Positions 1 through 7,849 of a stretch of 29,496 nt of DNA are shown here, piece by piece. The notes beneath the pieces were generated by a model. The model saw only the letters and a list, made by a program, of their open reading frames with translations, was not told the origin of the DNA and did not search any database. Both the position numbers and the translations under genes were made by a program. This DNA is from Chlamydiota bacterium (GTDB lineage Bacteria > Chlamydiota > Chlamydiia > Chlamydiales > SM23-39): assembly GCA_039179045.1 (NCBI GenBank), contig JBCDEZ010000014.1, positions 1 through 29,496 of the forward strand. The letters are read 5' to 3'. How positions within the stretch are numbered: position 1 is the stretch's first letter; the number at the start of each line of letters is the position of its first letter.

Positions 1-149
1 CCCATGTTCTACTCAAGAAAACCGAGTGCTCAAAGAGTAGAAGGTTACTTAAAATGCCTGATGATGAATCAAATGATGAGAACCGAGAGCTAGAAAATCT
101 TCAAGGATAGTCCTAGTTGGTCTGAAAATCTGATTTTTTCAACAAGGCC
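1..149 (+). mobile_element. 3' end of IS5-family (IS903 group) insertion sequence: transposase C-terminus (1-93) and terminal inverted repeat (132-149)
   Basis: Frame 1 reads PMFYSRKPSAQRVEGYLKCLMMNQMMRTES*, resembling the IS903-group C-terminal pattern (R-x4-Q-x2-E...N-x-M). The reverse complement of 132-149 is GGCCTTGTTGAAAAAATC versus the IS903 IR GGCTTTGTTGAATAAATC (16/18, IR recalled from memory). A second copy lies at the other window end. Confidence 0.85.
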
Positions 150-156
150 CCAAGGC

Positions 157-204
157 CTCCTCTATTCTGCTATCTAACCCAATTCTTCAATTGGATTGGG
201 TATA
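157..204 (-). repeat. Terminus of short dispersed MITE-like repeat
   Basis: CCAATTCTTCAATTGGATTGGGTATA (179-204) matches 28950-28975 at 25/26. Similarity extends inward to the reverse complements of about 28773-28820 and 18012-18049. Confidence 0.7.
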
Positions 205-244
205 GCTTGCTTCTGATAAAAATAATTTCTAGTTAATATTCATA

Positions 245-268
245 AAAATGTTAAAATGTTAAAATGTT
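245..268 (+). repeat. Tandem repeat (AAAATGTT)x3 upstream of ORF 298
   Basis: Three perfect 8-bp copies at 245-252, 253-260 and 261-268. Confidence 0.8.
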
Positions 269-297
269 GGAAATTTTACTCAATTTTTAGATAGATT

Positions 298-1257
298 ATG
301 ACAATAAGATGCATTTCTAGTCTCTTAATGCAACCATTGCTTACCTGGCGCAATCCAGCAGGAAATGAAGAAAATTGGTTCATTCAGGTACCTCAAGAAT
401 CCGGAACAACTTGGCTAGACACTCGAAGAATCTGCCTTGCTGAATGCGCTCTTTGCCTTGTCGCCGTTACATCGGCCGTCGAAACGGTTGCCTATGGTAT
501 TTTTACGCTGTTTTCTTTATTGATAACGCCTTGCAATCCAGAACCTTTTAGGTTCTTTGAAAAATTGTTGGAGAGCAGTTCCTTTACGATTATCTGGACC
601 CTGGCCGACCTCATGTTCTACAACCCCCTACTTGTCAATGTATTTACCCATGAAAGCTTGGCTCGTTTCTGGGTGGGCAAGCTGTTTATCCCCGCCTTTT
701 ACCGAGAGGATGATAGGTTTTATGTGGTCGACTGGATAAATCGTGTCGCTCCCAACAACAATCTGGTGGATAACGAGTTACTTGTCCCTCTTCTCAGAGA
801 AGGGCGTGACACCCAGGAGCTCATCGATGAGGGGGCCGCCTTCCTAAAAAGGTGTGTACTGCAAGGACTTGATAAGGAGGAAATCAAGTCTTTCAAAGAG
901 TGTGAAGCGGCGACATTTTCATTTTTCCTGTCCCGATCTGTTTATATGTACGCGTTTGGTCAGGAGAAAAACACCGAGGAAATTCCTAAATTTTTTAAAG
1001 AAGACACCAGAAGCAAAATCCAGAAATTACGCGCAAAGGAAGTAGAACCATCTACAATCAAAAACCTCTATGGCTTGGTAAATAGTTTGCAGGAGTTTGA
1101 TAAGGATTGGAAGGTATGTTGTTCTAATGATGATTCTACCCGAAAGCAGCTCAAAGCTCTTTTCGATGAATTGCGAGGGGTTGCTTGCGGGGAATTGAGT
1201 GGCTTGTTCGTGACTAAATGTTTCCAAACAGCTTGCGAGAATGAAGGACTTTCTTAA
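298..1257 (+). CDS. Hypothetical protein with long N-terminal hydrophobic segment (possible membrane-associated effector)
   Basis: 319-aa ORF with ATG start. Hydrophobic stretch ICLAECALCLVAVTSAVETVAYGIFTLFSLLITPC is followed by a helical charged C-terminal half. No family recognised. Confidence 0.75.
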   Translation: MTIRCISSLLMQPLLTWRNPAGNEENWFIQVPQESGTTWLDTRRICLAECALCLVAVTSAVETVAYGIFTLFSLLITPCNPEPFRFFEKLLESSSFTIIWTLADLMFYNPLLVNVFTHESLARFWVGKLFIPAFYREDDRFYVVDWINRVAPNNNLVDNELLVPLLREGRDTQELIDEGAAFLKRCVLQGLDKEEIKSFKECEAATFSFFLSRSVYMYAFGQEKNTEEIPKFFKEDTRSKIQKLRAKEVEPSTIKNLYGLVNSLQEFDKDWKVCCSNDDSTRKQLKALFDELRGVACGELSGLFVTKCFQTACENEGLS

Positions 1258-1487
1258 GATTCTCTCAACGCACCTTTTCCCGTAGCCTCTCTAGGGAATG
1301 GTTTGTGGTAAATAGGCTCCTCTTTTGTTCATCGAATTCTTTCTTCGCTTCTTCTTTGGAATAGAGAGTTCCGACTCAAGAGGTAGAGTCTCTCTACTGA
1401 TTTCCGGGGGCGAGAGCCGTTTTTCCCAGAAAAAAGGTTCACTTTCTCAGGCAATCATCACTTCTGTTTTGTTGGAGAGGATTGATC

Positions 1488-3317
1488 TCAAAACTTTTTC
1501 CATTTTCTTTCGAATTGGCAGTAGACGATGAGAATAGAGGCACCGCAGACTATCCATACAAACAATTTTTGCGGCGCATACCAAGAAGAGCTGGGTTGCA
1601 CAAGAGAGCCAAAACGCGATCCAAAGGGAAAAAAGATCGAAGAGACACTTCCTTTGAAATTTTCTTCAGGAACAAAGCCAAATTCCCTACTGTCTCCTGA
1701 AATGGGATGGTTGTCCCCCAAAACAAGATAGTGTTTCTTCGGAATGCGAAGGCCGTAGGTCCGAATTTTCTCCACATCGAAAGATCCATCTTCGAGGAGG
1801 GGAGGTCCTTGATCAATGAAGGGGGATTCGTGTTGTTTTTCCTTTTCTATGAACGCCTGCAAAGCGGAATCTTCTTTCGAAAAAATGGGCTCTGCGAGGA
1901 GATACAGACCCCCATCACGAAAGTATGCGTATCGAGAGGGCATACAGATTTGCTCTTTTTTTTGGGGGAAAAATCGTGTGTCAAATTCGACACCTAAATT
2001 GTAAAGAAGGATCGTTCTTTCTGGGGAAAACTGCGCTAGAGGATGGTTGTCTTGTAGTTCGAATGCTCTTCTTCCCCAGCCGATTTGATAAAGAACACCC
2101 CGGTCAAATTCATAAGTGCCGTCAGGCACTCCCTCAAGTAGAGGGGAAGAGGGAAGGGGGCCTAGTCGCCCGTAAGGGTAGGCTCTTTCGTTTCGAACGA
2201 GGAACCGCACCGTGTTCATATGAGAAAAAATTCTCTGAAGTGCTGGACTGTCGAGAGGAAGATACGACTTTTGGTAGCGAAAGCCCAAACGGGATCTGCT
2301 CCCACGCTGGGAGATTTTTCCTGGGTTCATGGAGGGGTGATGTGTGAGCTCTAAGTAGTAATCGCAATCGGGTGGCTGATTAGTTTGCTCAAATTTCGCA
2401 AAGAGCGCGCCATCCACAATTCGAGCTGAGGCATAATGGGAAAACCCCCAGAAATCATAGTAGTCGCTTCCAAGAGGAAGGGAATTGTCCGATAAGATCG
2501 TTCCTTTCACAGGCGAGAAAAGGGGAGTGGTCAGCTTTACAATTGGCTGATTCATCTGGTAGATGAGCTGTCCGGGAAATGTTCCTGTGCTCTTTTGTGA
2601 GGTTTTCGCTTTTCCTCCCATTTGCAAAAAAGGGATATACTCAATGGTATCGAAACAAGGTTCCTGGAGCAAAGAAGTGATGGGCTCTCCCTTCGCATCA
2701 ATCCCATAGATCTTTCCTCCATAGAAATAGAGCGTATCTTCAGGTTTTCCTACGAGCCTTTTGACGAGTTGTTTTTTTCCAGGGATTAGGTAGAAATAGC
2801 GCATGTCTGCATGCGCGATGTCCATATTCTCCGCGCTGAAGACGACAATGTTCCCATGCTGCAGATTTGGTTCATTGAAGTAAAAATGTTGCATGGACAG
2901 AGGTACGTTTAAGGAAAAAGCGGTTTTGTTCACTAAAACGTAGTCCCCCTCTTTGAAGGTGGGACGCATAGAGCCTGTAGGGATCATATACAATTCAAAC
3001 CACATTTGCCGGACGACGATCGCGAGTACAAGAGCGCCCAAAAAGTGCCAGGCATGCTCACAGCAAGAAAGGAAAAAGGGTTTGGGGAGGTCTTGGCCCT
3101 GCAGAGTTTTCAAAGCTTTGAGCCACTTTTTTGCTTCTTTTTTGTCTTTCTTTGCAATGGCAGAGCGAAGAGAGGAGAACAGCTCAATAAACCGTGCCTG
3201 TTTTTTTTCAGAGAGGCGCTTTTTCCTTCCTTGGTAGTAGGAAAAAAGCTCCATATATTTTTTTTTTGCTTTTCTGAGGGTAAAGAACATGGGCTGAGGT
3301 GGAGAGTTTCTAACCAA
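1488..3317 (-). CDS. lepB: Signal peptidase I, long chlamydial type
   Basis: TM segment, then IPTGSMRPT (catalytic Ser), LVKRLVG (catalytic Lys) and C-terminal GDNHPISGDSREFGFVP box. The roughly 600-aa length with a large insertion is typical of chlamydial LepB. Start codon uncertain (TTG 3317 or a downstream ATG). Confidence 0.95.
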   Translation of the reverse strand: MVRNSPPQPMFFTLRKAKKKYMELFSYYQGRKKRLSEKKQARFIELFSSLRSAIAKKDKKEAKKWLKALKTLQGQDLPKPFFLSCCEHAWHFLGALVLAIVVRQMWFELYMIPTGSMRPTFKEGDYVLVNKTAFSLNVPLSMQHFYFNEPNLQHGNIVVFSAENMDIAHADMRYFYLIPGKKQLVKRLVGKPEDTLYFYGGKIYGIDAKGEPITSLLQEPCFDTIEYIPFLQMGGKAKTSQKSTGTFPGQLIYQMNQPIVKLTTPLFSPVKGTILSDNSLPLGSDYYDFWGFSHYASARIVDGALFAKFEQTNQPPDCDYYLELTHHPSMNPGKISQRGSRSRLGFRYQKSYLPLDSPALQRIFSHMNTVRFLVRNERAYPYGRLGPLPSSPLLEGVPDGTYEFDRGVLYQIGWGRRAFELQDNHPLAQFSPERTILLYNLGVEFDTRFFPQKKEQICMPSRYAYFRDGGLYLLAEPIFSKEDSALQAFIEKEKQHESPFIDQGPPLLEDGSFDVEKIRTYGLRIPKKHYLVLGDNHPISGDSREFGFVPEENFKGSVSSIFFPFGSRFGSLVQPSSSWYAPQKLFVWIVCGASILIVYCQFERKWKKF

Positions 3318-3538
3318 AATTTCCCTTCATTTTACTGAAAATCGGGGAAGTATTCAACGGGAGTTTTACCGAGGTTCTCTGTCAACGTGTGCGACCATGT
3401 ATCATTGATGAACGGCACATTGCGAAAATGCGATACGGAATGCTCCTGATTTTTCTCATGTGTTTGGTTGAGATTGGATCTCCTAGATCGGTCGGAAAGA
3501 GCAGGAAGGGTAATGCAAAGAAAGATGGAAGAAACTAG

Positions 3539-3700
3539 TGTGGAAAAGTTGTTGATAACTTCTCTAACATTTTGACAACCAGTCGCATGCTGTTCTCAGA
3601 GTTATTTTTCTTAACTAATTTATAGTAAATAACTTAAAGAAAACTCCCCTAAGCAGGAAATAGGCACTCTTCTCAACTGTGCAAAAACTGTTCATAACTT
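3539..3700. promoter_or_regulatory. Cluster of DnaA-box-like 9-mers: two tandem pairs flanking an AT-rich tract
   Basis: TGTGGAAAA (3539) + TGTTGATAA (3550) and TGTGCAAAA (3678) + TGTTCATAA (3689). Each has 0-1 mismatch to the reverse complement of TTWTNCACA. AT-rich tract at about 3601-3643. Confidence 0.5.
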
Positions 3701-3950
3701 GTAGGCAAGCTGTTTGGTAACAAGACTTTGTCGAGATTTTTTTGCTCGTTGCAAATCGGACTCTCATGGAATGAACGGTTTGTCCCACGCAGTCTCGAAA
3801 TGCCGAATCTCGATCTTGTTCTATCTGCAATTTTTTTGAAATTGAATATCTAGCTTTCACCAAAAACTGCATCTATCCATTTTTCTAGTAATCAAAAGGG
3901 TTGGTTTTAATGGAATTCTGTAATATCTTACCAATAAAAATCAGGATTTT

Positions 3951-4976
3951 ATGTCCGTTCAAGGAACGCAAAATAGAATAGAATACGTTGAGTGCTCCGA
4001 TGCCGGAAGTTCTTCAGAATCTGGAGATGATCCAACTGTATTGGGCAAGCGCAGAAGAGAAGGGTGCGGCCTGGCAACTTCCTCCAAAAAAATGCGCCCT
4101 GAGCAGTCTTTGACCAAAATTCTGCAAAAATTGGGTTTGTGTTCAGAGGCATTGCAACAGTTCCAGAAGCTCGTAAAAAGCCAGATCCTCGGAGGATCTG
4201 CTTCCGATGTTACCCTTGCCGAGACGTACTATAAAAAGAATCCAGACTGTTATAAGAAAATAGTTCAGGGCGTTCAGAAATTAGAGATTCCTTTCCCTGT
4301 CCAGTTAAGGTACTTTAGGGTTCTGTATAAAATTTCTCCGTTTAAGGAAGATCACTCGAAACAATTAACTCGCTGGTTGGATCTTTCGAGGGCCGGGCGC
4401 TTTATCAGCCTGGAACAGTTGATCCCCTATCATGCCGATTTAGACTATTCCGCCGGCTACTTGGTTGCCCGGATTACGGCAGTTGTTCAAGAAAAAGATA
4501 GGGAGCTTTTTTACAGCCAATGTGTTTTTTCTCAATTGTTAGGAAATCTTAAGTATACTTTTGTGCCTGGTATCGCGGGAAGGCAGGAGCTCTACAATCT
4601 ACTCTACTATCTGTTGCCTAGTCTTTCTCCAGAGGCAAGAGCTAACCTCTCGAGTAGGTTGCCTGGTGTAGTGAAGCAAGCGGAGGATACTTACCAAGTA
4701 GAGTCGAAAGCATCACATCTCCAGCATGATGGAACCGAGTATGACAACAGGCTCGAGCAGTTGAAAACGAATGTACAAAAATTGCTATGGGGCCTCTCTG
4801 CTATGAATACGCATTCCCAATCGACAAATACAGCACTTTCTCGGTACAAAATTTCCCCTTCACTTCAGAACATCATCACAAGCTATGTCGATTGGATCGG
4901 TGTACTGTGGTGTGCACAAAAGAGGAATCAGGGAGACGTTACTCTATCCGCTACCTCGTCTGCGCAGCGGGTCTAA
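3951..4976 (+). CDS. Hypothetical protein, candidate host-targeted effector with bipartite NLS-like motif
   Basis: 341-aa ORF, ATG preceded by AGGA. Ser/acidic low-complexity N-terminus followed by KRRREGCGLATSSKKMRP. Confidence 0.75.
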   Translation: MSVQGTQNRIEYVECSDAGSSSESGDDPTVLGKRRREGCGLATSSKKMRPEQSLTKILQKLGLCSEALQQFQKLVKSQILGGSASDVTLAETYYKKNPDCYKKIVQGVQKLEIPFPVQLRYFRVLYKISPFKEDHSKQLTRWLDLSRAGRFISLEQLIPYHADLDYSAGYLVARITAVVQEKDRELFYSQCVFSQLLGNLKYTFVPGIAGRQELYNLLYYLLPSLSPEARANLSSRLPGVVKQAEDTYQVESKASHLQHDGTEYDNRLEQLKTNVQKLLWGLSAMNTHSQSTNTALSRYKISPSLQNIITSYVDWIGVLWCAQKRNQGDVTLSATSSAQRV

Positions 4977-5076
4977 TAAGGCAAAGCCGCTAGCAATCCT
5001 CCCCATGGACTCAGTTGTCTTGTGTTGTTTTTCTAGTAGATAGACACAGAAATGTGCGGCAAAATTCCTGTATTTT

Positions 5077-6066
5077 TCAAAGAGAGTTCATCTCTTGTTT
5101 TTTCTTTCGGAGAAGATGGCAGCTCCTTTCTGGATGATCTTTGACCGAGAAACGGAGTGCTTGGGCATGGGAATCAAGAGCACTTTTTTCAATGCGTAGC
5201 ACTCTTTTTTCGGTTTCTTTTTCCCATCTGAAAGCAAGAGGGCGCCAGGTCCCGTTCTGATCGAGGTATTCGAGGCAGTATTCCTGGTCATACGAAGGGC
5301 ACAAAACAGCCAAGAAATAATAGTTTCCCCTTTCTTGGAGTGCGCTAATAAAGCGGGGACATTGCCTGGGTATCCGAAGAAAGGGAGCTTGCAGATTGGA
5401 ACCTGCGGTGAGAATTTTTGCGTAGACAGCTCCATGTTCTCCACGCACCTCTACCCAAAAAGGGAAGGGGAAAGGGCGGTTTTTGCCAAAATAGAGCGCG
5501 ATCGTTTTTTCAGAAAGGGGGGTAGCGTCTTTTGGCCAAGAACAGGAGTAGACTGCAAAAGTGGGAGAGGGTACGGGGTTGCCTTGTACGGTCATAGGAG
5601 GCTTCCAAAGAGATCTACGATCTGGCTCTCCTCCCAAAGGGGGAGGACCAATTTTTCTCCGTTCTTCTTGGGGGATTTCCCGTAGGGGAAGCGAGAGGAG
5701 TTTGGTGAAGAAGGTGTTCACAGAAGAGACTTGGAGAAAGGCACCTTTCGTATGGGAAAAAGCTTCGATGAGCTTTTCATGTTCCAGATCGACTGCAAAC
5801 ACTACCCACGACGTGGAGCCTGGTGCACCTTTTTGGATCCATCCTTGCCAATCTTGGATTTTTTTTCCCTCGTAGAGAGGGAGTGTGATCTCTTCAATAG
5901 TGACGATGTCTTGTTCCCAGCCACGGATATGCAACAAGGAAAGAAGCTTGCCCTGTTGAAATAGGGCATAATCCCCCTTTTTTCCGATCTTTAGGTGGTC
6001 TTTCAAAGAATGTGCGTTTCCGAGAGGAAGACAAAGCAGGAGAAGCAACCAAAAAACCATGGACAA
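5077..6066 (-). CDS. Conserved chlamydial hypothetical protein (CT021-like) with signal peptide
   Basis: N-terminal signal peptide. GDY and WPKDATPLSEKTIALYF...FPFW motifs recalled from CT021-family proteins. Same strand as and upstream of lepB, as in Chlamydia (from memory). Confidence 0.7.
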   Translation of the reverse strand: MSMVFWLLLLLCLPLGNAHSLKDHLKIGKKGDYALFQQGKLLSLLHIRGWEQDIVTIEEITLPLYEGKKIQDWQGWIQKGAPGSTSWVVFAVDLEHEKLIEAFSHTKGAFLQVSSVNTFFTKLLSLPLREIPQEERRKIGPPPLGGEPDRRSLWKPPMTVQGNPVPSPTFAVYSCSWPKDATPLSEKTIALYFGKNRPFPFPFWVEVRGEHGAVYAKILTAGSNLQAPFLRIPRQCPRFISALQERGNYYFLAVLCPSYDQEYCLEYLDQNGTWRPLAFRWEKETEKRVLRIEKSALDSHAQALRFSVKDHPERSCHLLRKKKQEMNSL

Positions 6067-6134
6067 ATTTTACACGAAACAAGGGCACTTTGCAATGATT
6101 CTGCCCGTTTTGTTCCTGGCAGTTTCCTTGGAAG

Positions 6135-6533
6135 TTGTCAGATAACGAAAAAAAGAGTTTAATACGGTTGAGTCTTTGGGGTGTTTGGGTGAGAAGAATT
6201 TTTTCGAAAAAAGTATTTCTCTACTCCTGCTCTTTTTTGGCGATGTATCTCTTGGCGCACTTTGCCTATTTCGGCAGGCAGGCAAAAGAGGAGAAACAAG
6301 AAACAATTGATCGGGAGATCGCAAGGCTCGAAGAGGTGCAAAGAGGTTATGAAGCGGAGGCGATCCGGCATGAAATGCTGGGCAACCGTTTGCAGTTTCG
6401 CTCGACGCAGTATGCTCTTGCCAAGCAACACTGGGAGATTGCTGAAGAGTACCGGATGATGGCGCAAAAAGTAGAGCTAGAAATCGCGAGGCTACAAAAA
6501 CAACGCGCCCAGCTAGAAAAAACGAGCGTGTAA
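6135..6533 (+). CDS. Small membrane-anchored coiled-coil protein
   Basis: Hydrophobic segment VFLYSCSFLAMYLLAHFAYF followed by an E/Q/R/K-rich heptad-like helix. Start uncertain. Confidence 0.65.
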   Translation: MSDNEKKSLIRLSLWGVWVRRIFSKKVFLYSCSFLAMYLLAHFAYFGRQAKEEKQETIDREIARLEEVQRGYEAEAIRHEMLGNRLQFRSTQYALAKQHWEIAEEYRMMAQKVELEIARLQKQRAQLEKTSV

Positions 6534-6633
6534 GCGCTTTCCGGCGAGGATACAAAATGGTGCACACGACAAACAACACTTTGGTAAAGTGTCGCAAGCT
6601 CGACGGATGTTTTCGTTACAAAGGAGCGGAGAT

Positions 6634-7242
6634 TTGAGAGCTCTTGTGATTGTCGACATGCAAAATGACTTCATGCCCTGGGGAGCTGCGCCCGCTTTTC
6701 AAGCAGATCGCCTGATTGACACGCTACGCTCTCTAGCAGAAAAATTCACCCATATCTACGCTAGCCAAGATTGGCATCCCGAGGAGCATATTAGCTTTGC
6801 GACCAACCATGGTAGGCGACCTCAAGAGGAGATCAAAACTCCGTATGGAACCCAGTTGCTCTGGCCTGTTCACTGTGTGCAAGATTCTTTCGGAGCAGAA
6901 ATTGTAGCTCCATTGCAAGAAATGCCCTGGAAAAAAATCCTGCGCAAAGGGAATAAGCCTTACGTGGATACCTCGAGCCTTTTCTTCGATGCCGAAGGAA
7001 AAAAGGCGAGCTCTTTGCATCAAGACCTACAAAAAGAGGGGATCACTGATCTCTATTTTGCAGGTGTTGCAAGTGATCTTGGGATCAAGAATTCCCTCAT
7101 CGACGCCGCTCATCTCGGATACCGCTGCTTTCTAGTCGAAAACGCCTCTGCACCCAGCAAGGAGAATCGCCATCTGCACGAAAGGCTTTTACGTATGCTC
7201 CAAGAGCGTGGTATCAAGGCTACATTCTCCTCGCATTGTTGA
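6634..7242 (+). CDS. pncA: Nicotinamidase/pyrazinamidase-like isochorismatase-family protein, catalytic Cys absent
   Basis: ALVIVDMQNDF, QDWHP, LWPVHCVQ and RKG motifs of PncA. TTG start at 6634 follows AGGAG (ORF track start 6589). AGVASDLGIK replaces the usual G-L/V-A-T-D-Y-C-V. Confidence 0.8.
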   Translation: MRALVIVDMQNDFMPWGAAPAFQADRLIDTLRSLAEKFTHIYASQDWHPEEHISFATNHGRRPQEEIKTPYGTQLLWPVHCVQDSFGAEIVAPLQEMPWKKILRKGNKPYVDTSSLFFDAEGKKASSLHQDLQKEGITDLYFAGVASDLGIKNSLIDAAHLGYRCFLVENASAPSKENRHLHERLLRMLQERGIKATFSSHC

Positions 7243-7278
7243 GGAAAAGTAACAGCAAAGTGCTTTTTGTCAGCCACG

Positions 7279-7677
7279 TTAGACCAGGAAAAAAGCACCC
7301 GAACTCATGGTAAGCGCTGTATGTCTTGGGGTTGACTTTGAAGGTTTGCACAAGCGACGCCGGACTGCTTGTATTTTCTTTGATAGATCGCGGGTTTGCC
7401 TTCGCCTGGGTTTGAGCGAGACAGGTGCAAGATGGTATTGACAAGCAAGGCTATTTTTGGTGAATTTTATCTTGGTCGACAGCTCCAAGTTCCCGATTTG
7501 CCGCCGCCTTTTTTGTGTAGTGCAAGATAAAGAATCATAAAGGCGTATAGTATTTCGAGGGTGGAAAGTGGTTCGGATTACTATACACTCCCTAGAGTCT
7601 GAGCTAGGAGGAAGATAGACCGGATGTGGGGCAAAAGAAGCCGAGGAATGACCTTCTAAACGCAGCTCCATAGGCAC
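7279..7677 (-). CDS. Possible small basic hypothetical protein
   Basis: 132-aa ORF filling the gap between two + strand genes, with AAGGA upstream of the start. No recognisable domain. Confidence 0.35.
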   Translation of the reverse strand: MPMELRLEGHSSASFAPHPVYLPPSSDSRECIVIRTTFHPRNTIRLYDSLSCTTQKRRRQIGNLELSTKIKFTKNSLACQYHLAPVSLKPRRRQTRDLSKKIQAVRRRLCKPSKSTPRHTALTMSSGAFFLV

Positions 7678-7849
7678 ATTTTTTCCTTGTCTCTATACAA
7701 AATTTACCTGAATTTTAGTGCGCTTTTCAAAAGAAAGCGAGATCTTTTTGCAAGAAAATTTCCAGGTGGCTGCCCTGAATTGCCTCGGAAGATTCCTATC
7801 CAAAAAATCCCGATTTTGCTAAAGTAAGGCGTGAATTCTGGTATTTTTC

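Noticed and set aside
3258..3267. T10 homopolymer (A10 on the coding strand) near the lepB 5' end as a phase-variation tract
   Set aside because: The frame is intact, it encodes a Lys run, lepB is essential, and long A/T runs are common throughout the window.
1488..3317. Unusually long LepB with large internal insertion as a novel fusion
   Set aside because: This architecture is already typical of chlamydial signal peptidase I.
3615..3872. 85-aa minus-strand ORF in the lepB upstream region
   Set aside because: No RBS or domain, and it overlaps the DnaA-box-like cluster; likely non-coding.
6070..6597. 175-aa minus-strand ORF and other antisense ORFs nested in long genes (e.g. 13873-14373, 15818-16330)
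   Set aside because: Shadow ORFs of better-supported genes on the opposite strand, with no protein-like motifs.
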